A stretch of DNA of 64,000 nucleotides from the NCBI GenBank assembly GCA_963664235.1, contig OY760933.1, forward strand, positions 3,035,419 to 3,099,418, read 5' to 3'. The DNA is from Acidimicrobiales bacterium (GTDB taxonomy: Bacteria; Actinomycetota; Acidimicrobiia; Acidimicrobiales; CATQHL01). Made by a program: the position numbers and the translations under genes. Positions within the stretch are counted from its first letter, which is position 1, and each line of letters starts with the position of its first letter. This document shows, in pieces, positions 27,609-36,318 of this stretch. The notes beneath the pieces are model-generated. The model was not told the origin of the DNA. It saw only the letters and a list, made by a program, of their open reading frames with translations, and did not search any database.

Positions 27609-29764
27609 GCACCGTCGATGCCGCCACCGGAGCGCGGACCTATCCCTTCGAACTGGATCGCTTCCAGCTCGAATCCATCGCTGCGATCGACGACGGTGCT
27701 TCGGTCATCGTCGCCGCACCCACAGGCGCGGGCAAGACGGTCGTGGCCGAGCACGCCGTGCGAGTCGCCCTCGCGGCTGGGCGGCGAGTGTTCTACACCG
27801 CCCCGATCAAGGCCCTGTCGAACCAGAAATACTCCGACCTGGTGGCCGAGCACGGCTCGAAAGTGGTGGGCCTGCTGACCGGCGACAACGCCATCAACCC
27901 CTCCGCCCCGGTGGTCGTGATGACCACCGAGGTGCTGCGCAACATGATCTACGCGGACTCGCCGGACCTGCGCGATCTGCGCTGGGTCATCCTCGACGAG
28001 GTGCACTACCTGCAGGATCCCTACCGCGGTCCTGTCTGGGAGGAGGTGATCATCCACGCCCCGCCGGCGGTGCGGTTCGTGTGCCTCTCGGCCACGGTCT
28101 CCAACGTCGCCGAGATCCGCTCGTGGATAAGTGAACTCCGGGGATCGGCAAACGCCGTGACCGAGACCCGACGGCCGGTGAATCTGGACAGCCTGCTGTG
28201 CTTCGGCGACAACGAGCGGGCCAACCTGCGCTTCCTGCCGGTGCTCGTCGGCGACCGCCCCAACCCCGAGGGCGAACGTGCCGATCGCGACCGCCGCCGG
28301 CGGCGTGGCGCGGGGGGGCGACGCTGGCGCGCACCGGACAGGGTCGCTGTGATCGAGACGCTGTCCCGCCGGCGGATGCTGCCCGCCATCTATTTCATCT
28401 TCAGCCGGGCGGGCTGCGACGACGCCGCCCGCCTGTTGGCCCGGACCGACCTCGAGTTGACCACCCCGGCCGAGCGGGACCTCATCGCCGAGGTCATCGA
28501 GCCCTACGTGGCCTCGCTGGGCCGCAACGACCGGCGCGCCGTGGGATACGAGGCTTGGTCCGCGCAGATCCGCAACGGCGTGGCCGCTCATCACGCAGGC
28601 ATGCTGCCCCCCTTCAAGGAGGCCACCGAGGCCTGCTTCCGGCGCGGCCTGATCAAGGTGGTCTTCGCCACCGAGACCCTGTCGCTGGGCATCAACATGC
28701 CGGCGCGCACGGTCGTGATCGAGAAGCTCACCAAGTTCTCCGGAGACGGCCACGAGCTGCTCACGCCGCTCAGCTACACCCAGCTGACCGGGCGCGCCGG
28801 CAGGCGGGGGATCGATGACCAGGGCTACGCGGTGGTGCTGTGGAGCCCCCGGTTGCGCTTCGGCGACGTGGCAGGGCTGGTCGGTAGTCGAGCCTTTACC
28901 CTTGTCTCGGCCTTCCGCCCGACATACAACATGGTGGTCAACCTGATTGCGCGCCTGGCGCCCGAGGAGGCTCGCAGCGTGCTGGGCCGCTCCCTGGCCC
29001 AGTACCAGGCGGACCGCGAGGTGGTCATCCTGGAGCGGCAGCTGCAGGAGGGTCGCCGGGCACTGGCGGAGATCAACGCCACGGCGCGGCGGCGGGGGAG
29101 CGACGAAGCCCAGCGCCGGCTGCGCCGCACCGCCCGCAGAGTGGAGGATCTGCGCAACAGGCTGAGGAGCAAGAAGGACACCCTGGCAGCCGAGTTCGAC
29201 GAACTCAGCGAGGTGCTGCGCCGGCGTGGCCACCTCGACGGCTGGGCTCTCGCCGACAGCGGCAGGGTGCTCGCCGGCATCTACCACGAGAGCGACCTGC
29301 TCATCGCCGAAGCCGTGGTGGGGGGTCACTTCGACGGGCTCGACAAGGCGTCGTTCGCGGCGCTGCTGGCCTGCTGCACCTACGAGCAGCGCGGGGGCGA
29401 CGTGCCGGTTGAGCCACACTGGCCGACCGCCGCGCTGCGCCGCAGGTGGGCGCGGCTGGGCGAGGCTCACGAGTCCCTGGCCGCAACCGAGCTCGCCTGC
29501 CTCGGCCGCCCGCGCACCCGGCCACCCGACGGCGGTTTCGCCCCAGTCGCCTACGGCTGGGCGGCGGGTGCCCCGCTGGCACGTGTGCTGGACGATCACA
29601 CCACCCCTGGCGACTTCGTCCGGAACGTGAAGCTCGTCTGCGACCTGGCTCGCCAGGTCGCTCGCGTGGCGCCCGATGAAGCCACCACGGCAACCGCGAA
29701 CGCGGTGGCGAACGCCATGTTCCGTGGCGTGGTGTCCGCCTCGGTGCTCGACGCAGCCGGCTGA
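27605..29764 (+). CDS. helY: Ski2-like DEAD/DEAH-box RNA helicase HelY
   Basis: Motif I APTGAGKT, motif II ILDEVH, SAT, a helicase C region HHAGMLP, and a C-terminal DSHCT-like end (GDFVRNVKLVCDLARQV). Its position after tatC matches mycobacteria. Confidence 0.85.
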   Translation: MSTVDAATGARTYPFELDRFQLESIAAIDDGASVIVAAPTGAGKTVVAEHAVRVALAAGRRVFYTAPIKALSNQKYSDLVAEHGSKVVGLLTGDNAINPSAPVVVMTTEVLRNMIYADSPDLRDLRWVILDEVHYLQDPYRGPVWEEVIIHAPPAVRFVCLSATVSNVAEIRSWISELRGSANAVTETRRPVNLDSLLCFGDNERANLRFLPVLVGDRPNPEGERADRDRRRRRGAGGRRWRAPDRVAVIETLSRRRMLPAIYFIFSRAGCDDAARLLARTDLELTTPAERDLIAEVIEPYVASLGRNDRRAVGYEAWSAQIRNGVAAHHAGMLPPFKEATEACFRRGLIKVVFATETLSLGINMPARTVVIEKLTKFSGDGHELLTPLSYTQLTGRAGRRGIDDQGYAVVLWSPRLRFGDVAGLVGSRAFTLVSAFRPTYNMVVNLIARLAPEEARSVLGRSLAQYQADREVVILERQLQEGRRALAEINATARRRGSDEAQRRLRRTARRVEDLRNRLRSKKDTLAAEFDELSEVLRRRGHLDGWALADSGRVLAGIYHESDLLIAEAVVGGHFDGLDKASFAALLACCTYEQRGGDVPVEPHWPTAALRRRWARLGEAHESLAATELACLGRPRTRPPDGGFAPVAYGWAAGAPLARVLDDHTTPGDFVRNVKLVCDLARQVARVAPDEATTATANAVANAMFRGVVSASVLDAAG

Positions 29765-29809
29765 AGTCGTCACCGGGCAGCGTCGGAGCGGACCAGGGAA
29801 GGGACCGGT

Positions 29810-30418
29810 TTGGGCATCCGCCGCGGCGGCGATTGGGGCACCATCGGAGAGCTCCCCGATGGCGGGGTGGTCGTCCCCGACGACGCGCGCGCCCGGGAGG
29901 TGGTGGAGGCTGCCCGCCGCCGCGGTGAGCCCCTTCCGGTACTCGGACTGGCCGGCGGCGACCTCTGCCGCACCCTCGGGGGAACCGGTGACCTGGCGCG
30001 GCTGCACGAAGGTGGCTCCGCGCTGACTTGCGACCTGGGTTCGGTGCTCCTCGACGGCCGGCTCCACTGGTTCACGGCGCATCTCGTCGCCCGCCACAGT
30101 TGGCTGTTCGGCCGGATCCTGGTCGTGATGAACGCCGCCTACATTGGCCGCTGGAATCTCGGCCCGCGCGCACATCCTGGCGACGGGCTGTTGGATATCA
30201 GCGACGCAAGCCTGCCTCTGCGGCAGCGGCTCGGTGCCTGGCGCCGCCTGCCCAGCGGCACACACCTCCCGCACCCGGCGATCGCCACCACCCGGCGCGC
30301 GGCGTTCAGCACGAGCTTCGAGCGCCCCGTGCCGGTGCTGCTGGACGGCGTGCCCGCCGGCCGTGCCCGCCAGATCACCGTGCGTGTGGAGAGCGATGCT
30401 CTCGCCGTGATCGTGTAG
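29810..30418 (+). CDS. hypothetical protein resembling only the accessory (C-terminal) domain of DAG/lipid kinases (YegS-like)
   Basis: The PGDGLLDISD ... GTHLPHP ... LLDGVPAG ... ALAVIV pattern resembles the DAGK accessory domain. No catalytic GGDG domain is present. Confidence 0.35.
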   Translation: MGIRRGGDWGTIGELPDGGVVVPDDARAREVVEAARRRGEPLPVLGLAGGDLCRTLGGTGDLARLHEGGSALTCDLGSVLLDGRLHWFTAHLVARHSWLFGRILVVMNAAYIGRWNLGPRAHPGDGLLDISDASLPLRQRLGAWRRLPSGTHLPHPAIATTRRAAFSTSFERPVPVLLDGVPAGRARQITVRVESDALAVIV

Positions 30419-30465
30419 GCGCCACGATCCGAAGCCGTCGCGACACCCGATGGTAGATTCGCCCC

Positions 30466-31677
30466 GTGGTTAGCTCCTGCCCAGGGTCCGCCGGCTTCAA
30501 AGCGCGGGCCGCGGCGGCGGTGGACGCACGCAGCGAGCAACTCACCGAGATCTCACACCGCATCCACGAGAATCCCGAGTTGGGATTCGAGGAGCATTTT
30601 GCCCATGACCTGCTCGCCGGCGCCGCCGAGGACGCCGGTCTGGAGGTCGAGCGACAGGCCTACGGCGTGGAAACGGCGTTCGCGGCCCGCGCCGGCACAA
30701 CCGGACCTCTCGTGGCGTTCCTCTGCGAGTACGACGCGCTGCCGGGCATCGGCCATGCCTGCGGGCACAACATCATCGCCGCCTCCGGGCTCGGGGCGGG
30801 GCTGGCGGCAGCAGAGGTCGTGGAAGAGTTGGGTGGGCGACTGCTGATCCTCGGGACCCCCGCCGAAGAAGGGGGCGGGGGCAAGCTCCACCTCATGAAG
30901 GGGGGTGCCTTCGCCGGCGTGGACGCCGCCCTCATGCTGCACCCGGCCGGCCTCGAACTCTCCGAAATGCAGACCCTGGCGGTCCAGCAATTGCACGCCC
31001 GCTACCGCGGTCGCGCCGCGCACGCCGCCGCGGCCCCCCATGCCGGGCGCAACGCCCTGGACGGAGCGGTGCTGGGCTATGTCGCCGCAGCCGCCCTCCG
31101 CCAGCACATCGGACCCGACGAGCGGTTTCACGGCATCTTCACCGACGGCGGCCAGAAGCCGAACATCGTTCCCGCCTTCGCCGAGACCAACTGGTACGTC
31201 CGCTCGCCGACCGTGACACGGCTGGAGTTGTTGAAGGAACGCCTGACGGACTGCCTCAGCAGCGGTGCGGTTGCCGCCGGGGTGGAGATCGAGTTGGAGT
31301 GGGCCGACTATCAATTCGCCGAGGTCCGCAGCAATGCACCACTCCAGGAACTCTGGGAGTCAAACGCCGCAGCCGTGGGCAGGAACCCGCAGCCGCCCGC
31401 CCCGGGCCACACCGTGATCGGCAGCACCGACATGGGCAACGTCAGCCAGGTGGTGCCGTCGATCCATCCCATGATCGCGGTGGCCCCGCCCGAGGTCGCA
31501 ATCCACACCGAGGACTTCGCGGTCTGCGCCCGCGGTCCCGGCGGCGACCGCGGCGTCGTCGACGGCGCCAAGACGCTGGCGGGGGTGGCGATCGACTACT
31601 GGAGCGACGCCGCGGTCCGCGCCGCGGTGGCTGCCGACTTCGCCGGCGACGGAGCCACCGTCGCGGCGTCGGACTGA
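30466..31677 (+). CDS. M20-family amidohydrolase/peptidase (M20D, AbgB-like)
   Basis: Carries IHENPELGFEE, EYDALPGIGHACGHN and GTPAEEGGGGK. Confidence 0.85.
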   Translation: MVSSCPGSAGFKARAAAAVDARSEQLTEISHRIHENPELGFEEHFAHDLLAGAAEDAGLEVERQAYGVETAFAARAGTTGPLVAFLCEYDALPGIGHACGHNIIAASGLGAGLAAAEVVEELGGRLLILGTPAEEGGGGKLHLMKGGAFAGVDAALMLHPAGLELSEMQTLAVQQLHARYRGRAAHAAAAPHAGRNALDGAVLGYVAAAALRQHIGPDERFHGIFTDGGQKPNIVPAFAETNWYVRSPTVTRLELLKERLTDCLSSGAVAAGVEIELEWADYQFAEVRSNAPLQELWESNAAAVGRNPQPPAPGHTVIGSTDMGNVSQVVPSIHPMIAVAPPEVAIHTEDFAVCARGPGGDRGVVDGAKTLAGVAIDYWSDAAVRAAVAADFAGDGATVAASD

Positions 31678-31710
31678 GCGTTCGGCCTCAACGGGCGACG
31701 TCGACGGAAC

Positions 31711-33318
31711 ATGTACGTCGCTGAGAGCTTCACCGATCCCGAAGCCGACATCCTGCGGCGCTATTTCACCAACCTCGACCAGCCCGTATTCGCCCTCGTG
31801 AACCTGCCCGAGGTCGTCAAGGGGGCACTTTTCGCCCGTTACTCGCGGTCGGCCAAGAGCCTGCGGCGCCTGTTCCTCGACGAGTTCGTGGGCGAGCTCG
31901 ACGTCAGCGGCGACCTCGGAGTGGACGCCACGATCGGGCTGCGCCGAGCCGAGGAGCTCTACGACCGGGTCTTCCTTGAGTACGGCGACGACTCGGTGGC
32001 CCAGCTCGGCGGGGTGCACCTGGCGTGTGAGCAAGCTTCCAACGTCCTCACCAAGGTGCTCGAATGGGGCCGGCTCATGTCGTACCTGGAGCAATCCACG
32101 CGCTATGTGGCCTACGACGCACGCCTCGGCGGCCGCTACCGGTACTACCGGGATCCGGACATCCTGGGTTCGGGTCTCGGGACGAAATATGTCGCCGACC
32201 TCGACGGCATGTTCGAGTCCTACAGCGCGGCGCTGCCGGTGATGAACGAGCACTTCCGCCGCCAGTTCCCGAAGGCTCCGGGCGATTCGGACTTCGTGCA
32301 CCGCCAGGCCGTGCGCGCCAAGTCGTTCGACTCGATCCGCGGGATGCTGCCCGCCGCGGCACTCTCGAACGTCGGCATCTACGGCAGCGGTCAGGGCTAC
32401 GAGAACCTGCTCCTGCGGATGCGCGCTCACTTGCTGCCCGAGGTGCGCGCCTACGCCGACATGATGCTGGTCGAACTGCGCAAGGTGATCCCGTCGTTCC
32501 TGAAGCGGTTGGACATCGAGGAAAGGGGAGTGGCCTGGAGCCGCTACCTCCGCGCCACCGGAGACTCGATGCAGGCGCTCGCCCACGAGCTGATCGGTGA
32601 ATCCACCGAGCCTGTCGGAGAGACCCCAGCGGTCCGGCTCCTGGACTTCGATCCCGACGGCGAGGTGAAGCTCGTAAGCAGCGCCCTCTACTCCTACGTG
32701 GATCTTCCCGAGGACCGGTTGCGTGCCCGCGTCGAGAAGATGAGCACCGCCGATCGCCTGCGCGTGCTGCTCACCTACGCCGGCGACCGCGGCAACAGGC
32801 GCCACAAACCGGGACGTGCCCTCGAGACCCCGTACTACCGGTTCGACGTACTCTGCGACTACGGGGCATTCCGCGACCTGCAACGTCACCGGATGCTGAC
32901 GATCGAGTGGCAGCGGCTCAACCCCACCCACGGCTACAGCATGCCCGAGGCGGTCGAAGCGGCCGGTCTCGAAGGGCTCTTCACCGAGACCATGGCCCAG
33001 AGTGCCGAACTGCACGACGCCCTCGTGGAGCACTTCCCCGAACAGGCCGCCTATGCGGTTGCCCTGGCCTACCGCATCCGCTTCGTCATGCAGATGAACG
33101 CCCGGGAGGCAATGCACCTCATCGAGTTGCGCAGCAGCACCCAGGGCCACCCCGCCTACCGCCACGTGGCTCAGGAGATGCACCGCCTCATCGAAAACAC
33201 CGCAGGTCACCGCGCCATCGCCGGCATGATGTCCTTCGCCGACCGCTCCAGCGAACCCGAACTCGAACGACTCGCCGCGGAGCGCCGAGCGGCTACGCGC
33301 CGTCGCAGCGCGGTCTAG
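31711..33318 (+). CDS. long-form ThyX-like (FAD-dependent thymidylate synthase family) protein
   Basis: 535 aa. The N-terminal region carries ARYSRS and the C-terminal half carries the ThyX RHR motif (FRDLQRHRM) plus ELRSS. It is twice the length of canonical ThyX. Confidence 0.65.
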   Translation: MYVAESFTDPEADILRRYFTNLDQPVFALVNLPEVVKGALFARYSRSAKSLRRLFLDEFVGELDVSGDLGVDATIGLRRAEELYDRVFLEYGDDSVAQLGGVHLACEQASNVLTKVLEWGRLMSYLEQSTRYVAYDARLGGRYRYYRDPDILGSGLGTKYVADLDGMFESYSAALPVMNEHFRRQFPKAPGDSDFVHRQAVRAKSFDSIRGMLPAAALSNVGIYGSGQGYENLLLRMRAHLLPEVRAYADMMLVELRKVIPSFLKRLDIEERGVAWSRYLRATGDSMQALAHELIGESTEPVGETPAVRLLDFDPDGEVKLVSSALYSYVDLPEDRLRARVEKMSTADRLRVLLTYAGDRGNRRHKPGRALETPYYRFDVLCDYGAFRDLQRHRMLTIEWQRLNPTHGYSMPEAVEAAGLEGLFTETMAQSAELHDALVEHFPEQAAYAVALAYRIRFVMQMNAREAMHLIELRSSTQGHPAYRHVAQEMHRLIENTAGHRAIAGMMSFADRSSEPELERLAAERRAATRRRSAV

Positions 33319-33331
33319 CGCCGAACAATCC

Positions 33332-33348
33332 CGCGGCCGGCGGCCGCG
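33332..33348 (+). terminator. GC hairpin after the ThyX-like gene
   Basis: CGCGGCC-ggc-GGCCGCG is a perfect 7-bp stem. A short T-rich stretch (cattttgt) lies 9 nt downstream. Confidence 0.35.
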
Positions 33349-33429
33349 ACGTGCCGCATTTTGTGACGGCCTGTGTCTATGATCCGCCTTCGCAGGTGAT
33401 CGGTGCCAGCGATGAAGCCGGAGAGACGC

Positions 33430-33921
33430 ATGGCCGACGATGACAACTTGTTGGACCTCGACATCGAGGAGGAGGACGCCCCCGCGTTCGATCCCGAGTT
33501 CGACGAGGAACTCGAGGAGGACAGCGACGATCCTCTCGTCGACGACGACGACGACGATGATGAGATCGAGGAGGACGACGAGGCCGCGCCCCCCAAGCCC
33601 TCCGCCGCCAAGCGGCCGCCCCAGGCCGAGGGCGAGTTCGACGACGAGGTGGATCCGGACAACCTCGAGGCGGATCTCAACACGATCCTGCGAGATCGCC
33701 TCGTCGCCAGCGATGACATCGAGAACGAAGAGGAAACGGGCGAGGCCGAGACCGGCCAGCCTGCGGAGTTGCTCGGCTCGGTGACGCCGCGCCGCGACGA
33801 CGAATGGCTCTGCGAGGGATGCTTCCTGCTGGTGTCCAAGAGCCAACTCGGCAGCCGGAAGGCACCTCGCTGCCCCTCCGGTGAGGAGATCTGCCCGTCG
33901 CTGGACAGGCTGGGCCCCTGA
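33430..33921 (+). CDS. DUF4193 family protein (acidic N-region + C-terminal Cys4 ribbon)
   Basis: A highly acidic region is followed by EWLCEGCFLLVSKSQLGS...PRCPSGEEICP. Alternative starts are 33403 (GTG) and 33412 (ATG). Confidence 0.7.
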   Translation: MADDDNLLDLDIEEEDAPAFDPEFDEELEEDSDDPLVDDDDDDDEIEEDDEAAPPKPSAAKRPPQAEGEFDDEVDPDNLEADLNTILRDRLVASDDIENEEETGEAETGQPAELLGSVTPRRDDEWLCEGCFLLVSKSQLGSRKAPRCPSGEEICPSLDRLGP

Positions 33922-34412
33922 GGGTCGCCGTCGCCGCGGCCTGCGCCGCCGACTGCGCTGCCCTGGCGGGCCTCGAAGGAGCCGCGCGGCACCAAGCGGC
34001 GGGCCAGCGCGGTGGCGCCATGCTGCTGGCGATTCGCTATCCGGAGGCCCTCGAGGCCGCCGGGTTTGGCCGCCTGCTGGAAGGCGGCGCGGTGCGACTG
34101 TGGGTGGGAAGCCTCGACGGTGCCTCGATGGGGTTCGCCGCGGCGCGGCTCGTTGTCCTGGCCGATGGTGCCTCTCTGGCGGAGATCGACGCGCTCTACG
34201 TTCTGCCCGAGGCCCGGGGGGTCGGGCTGGGAGAGGCGCTCATGGATGAGGTTCTGGCCTGGGCGACCGACCAGGGCGCAGCGGCTGTCGACGCCGTAGC
34301 CCTACCCGGTGACCGGGTGACGAAGAACTTCTTCGAGCGGTACGGGCTCACTGCTCGCGCGCTCCAGGTACACCGCCGGCTGGAACCGCCCGATACCGGG
34401 AGCGAGCGCTGA
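33918..34412 (+). CDS. GNAT family N-acetyltransferase (5' end uncertain)
   Basis: Acetyl-CoA motif LYVLPEARGVGLGEALMDEV. The first canonical start is ATG 34020, but the in-frame upstream 33 codons look like a GNAT N-terminus and reach back to CTG 33918, which overlaps the DUF4193 stop. Confidence 0.6.
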   Translation: MRVAVAAACAADCAALAGLEGAARHQAAGQRGGAMLLAIRYPEALEAAGFGRLLEGGAVRLWVGSLDGASMGFAAARLVVLADGASLAEIDALYVLPEARGVGLGEALMDEVLAWATDQGAAAVDAVALPGDRVTKNFFERYGLTARALQVHRRLEPPDTGSER

Positions 34413-34813
34413 TGCGCCCGGAGGTGTGCGTCGGCGCGATCGCCGTCCGGGACCGGTGCGTGCTGCTGATCCGCCGCGGGCACGGGCCCGCGGCCGGCCA
34501 ATGGTCAGTGCCGGGGGGCCGGGTGGAGTGGGGCGAGACCCTTGCCGCAGCCGTTGTTCGCGAGGTTGCCGAGGAGACCGGTCTGGAGGTCCTGTACGAG
34601 GGGTTCGCCGACTGGGTGGAGCGGATCGACGATGAACACCACTACGTGATCGCCGACTTCTGGGTGACGGTGTTGAGCGACGGTCCGCCGCATGCCGGTG
34701 ACGACGCTGCCGAGGCCCGCTGGGTACCCCTCGAGGAGCTAGACGACCTCGATCTCACCGCCGGGCTCGGGGAGTTCCTCACCCGCCTCGGCGTCCTGGA
34801 CCGCCTCGCCTGA
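34412..34813 (+). CDS. NUDIX hydrolase
   Basis: Nudix box GGRVEWGETLAAAVVREVAEETGL. The ATGA junction overlaps the GNAT stop. Confidence 0.85.
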   Translation: MRPEVCVGAIAVRDRCVLLIRRGHGPAAGQWSVPGGRVEWGETLAAAVVREVAEETGLEVLYEGFADWVERIDDEHHYVIADFWVTVLSDGPPHAGDDAAEARWVPLEELDDLDLTAGLGEFLTRLGVLDRLA

Positions 34814-36139
34814 ATCATCGGAGGCTTCAACGGTCTCCGCCGGCTCGGCGACCTGCACTGGCTCCTCAGCCTGCACCGGCTCGACCACCTCGACCACCTC
34901 CGCCGGCTCCTCAGCCTGCACCGGCTCGGCGGCAGCCTCCGGCTCGGCGACCTCTGCCGGCGCGTCGAGGTGCTCCGCGAATTGTGCGCGCAGCGCGGGG
35001 AGGCGATCTTCGAAGCGACGCACCGTGCGCAACAGTCGCTCGGAGGGGTCCGAGGGTAGCTCCTCGGCCACGAGGACCAAGCGGATGGGGGATTGGGCGG
35101 CCGCCTCCAGCATCCTCACCCACAGGTCGTCCTCGGTGCCCGCATCCAGTTGAGACTTGGCGCCCTGGCACAGGCTGTCCGCCAGACTCTCCGGCAGCGG
35201 CGTCCCCGCCTTGGGCGGGCGCTGGCTGACACGCAGAGCCGTCACCAGACGACCCTTCCGCAGCAGCGAACCCAGATCGGCGATCCAAGCCGAGTGCTCC
35301 CGGTCGACCCGAGCCGCCAGCTTCCCGCGCAACTCCTCCGCCAGGGCGCGGGCCTCATCGTCCGGAGCGGGCTCGGGGGTGCCGGCGACGACCGAGCGCA
35401 GGTCGCGCAGCTCCACCTCGTCGCTCACCTTGCGGGCCTCTTCGGCTCGATCCCGCCAATCCACCACCCGGAATGCTGAGAACAGCTCCTCCACGACCGC
35501 CAGGCGCGCCTCGGTGGCCGCGTCGGATCCGCCGTCCTCCTGCCCCTCGGTCTGCGAACTCTCGGCCTGCAGGGCCTGGCGTACCGCCCGGATGCCCTCA
35601 TTGGCGAGCCGATCGGCGATGGGCCGCTCCTCGGAGGACAGTGTTTCCAGCCAGGCATCGCGGTGCTTGCTGGCGGCGCGCAAACGGGGAGCGCGCGGCG
35701 GCCTGTCGCGACCGCCCCGCTGACCGGAACCGCCTCGGTGACCGGAACCGTCTCTCTGGTTGCGTTGCGGCCGCCCACCCTCGCGGCCCCGGCCGCCATC
35801 GCCATCCCTCCGCCGGCGGCCGCCGGAACGCTCGTTCCGGTCGTCGGAGCGCCGCGCCAACTTCGCCGGACCCGTCACGCCCTCGGTGAATTGCTGATTG
35901 CCGAGGTGCTCCACACGGGGCGCCTCGGGCCTCTCCGTCTTGGTCGGCAGCACCTGGCGCACCGCTATGCCGTCGACGCTCACTTCGGCCTCAACACGCA
36001 GGACGTCGCCCACCGCAGCACCCGCGGGCAGCAGCCCCTCCTCGAGCACACCCTTCGGCTGGCGAGCACCGGCGGCCCGCCATGTCCAGGTGCCGTCCGG
36101 GCGCCGGCTCGTCAACATGACCTCCAGGCGATGTGACAT
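34739..36139 (-). CDS. hypothetical protein with central Arg/Gly-rich region and acidic repeat tail
   Basis: ATG 36139 (MSHRLEVMLTSRRPDGTWTW...). The central region reads RSGGRRRRDGDGGRGREGGRPQRNQRDGSGHRGGSGQRGGRDRPPR. The C-terminal tail has EPVQAEEP repeats. The 3' end overlaps the Nudix gene convergently by 75 nt. Confidence 0.5.
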   Translation of the reverse strand: MSHRLEVMLTSRRPDGTWTWRAAGARQPKGVLEEGLLPAGAAVGDVLRVEAEVSVDGIAVRQVLPTKTERPEAPRVEHLGNQQFTEGVTGPAKLARRSDDRNERSGGRRRRDGDGGRGREGGRPQRNQRDGSGHRGGSGQRGGRDRPPRAPRLRAASKHRDAWLETLSSEERPIADRLANEGIRAVRQALQAESSQTEGQEDGGSDAATEARLAVVEELFSAFRVVDWRDRAEEARKVSDEVELRDLRSVVAGTPEPAPDDEARALAEELRGKLAARVDREHSAWIADLGSLLRKGRLVTALRVSQRPPKAGTPLPESLADSLCQGAKSQLDAGTEDDLWVRMLEAAAQSPIRLVLVAEELPSDPSERLLRTVRRFEDRLPALRAQFAEHLDAPAEVAEPEAAAEPVQAEEPAEVVEVVEPVQAEEPVQVAEPAETVEASDDSGEAVQDAEAGEELPEPGGEIEVV

Positions 36140-36226
36140 GCCGTCAACGCTACCGGCCCGGCCACCTAAGAGGGAACCGGGGCCGAACCTTGCGGCCCGA
36201 CGGCAACCCGCCGTAGGGTGGTCAGC

Positions 36227-36318
36227 GAAATCGGGGAGCTCGAAATCTCGGGCTGAGAGGGTGAGGCAACTCACCGACCCGCAGGACCTGATCTGGGTAA
36301 TGCCAGCGGAGGGAATTC
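36227..36318 (+). promoter_or_regulatory. TPP (THI-box) riboswitch
   Basis: CGGGGAGC..GGGCTGAGAG..ACCC..GGACCTGATCTGGGTAATGCCAGCGGAGGGAA matches the TPP aptamer consensus. The P1 3' strand and GGAGGG Shine-Dalgarno abut ATG 36319. Confidence 0.9.

Noticed and set aside
27497-30274. 925-aa ORF on the minus strand
   Set aside because: It is antisense to helY and the following gene. It is Arg/Gly/Ala/Pro-rich with no motifs. This is a typical stop-poor antisense frame in 70% GC DNA.
31360-33846. 828-aa ORF on the minus strand
   Set aside because: It is antisense to the ThyX-like and DUF4193 genes. It has low-complexity composition, and the sense-strand products have clear family motifs.
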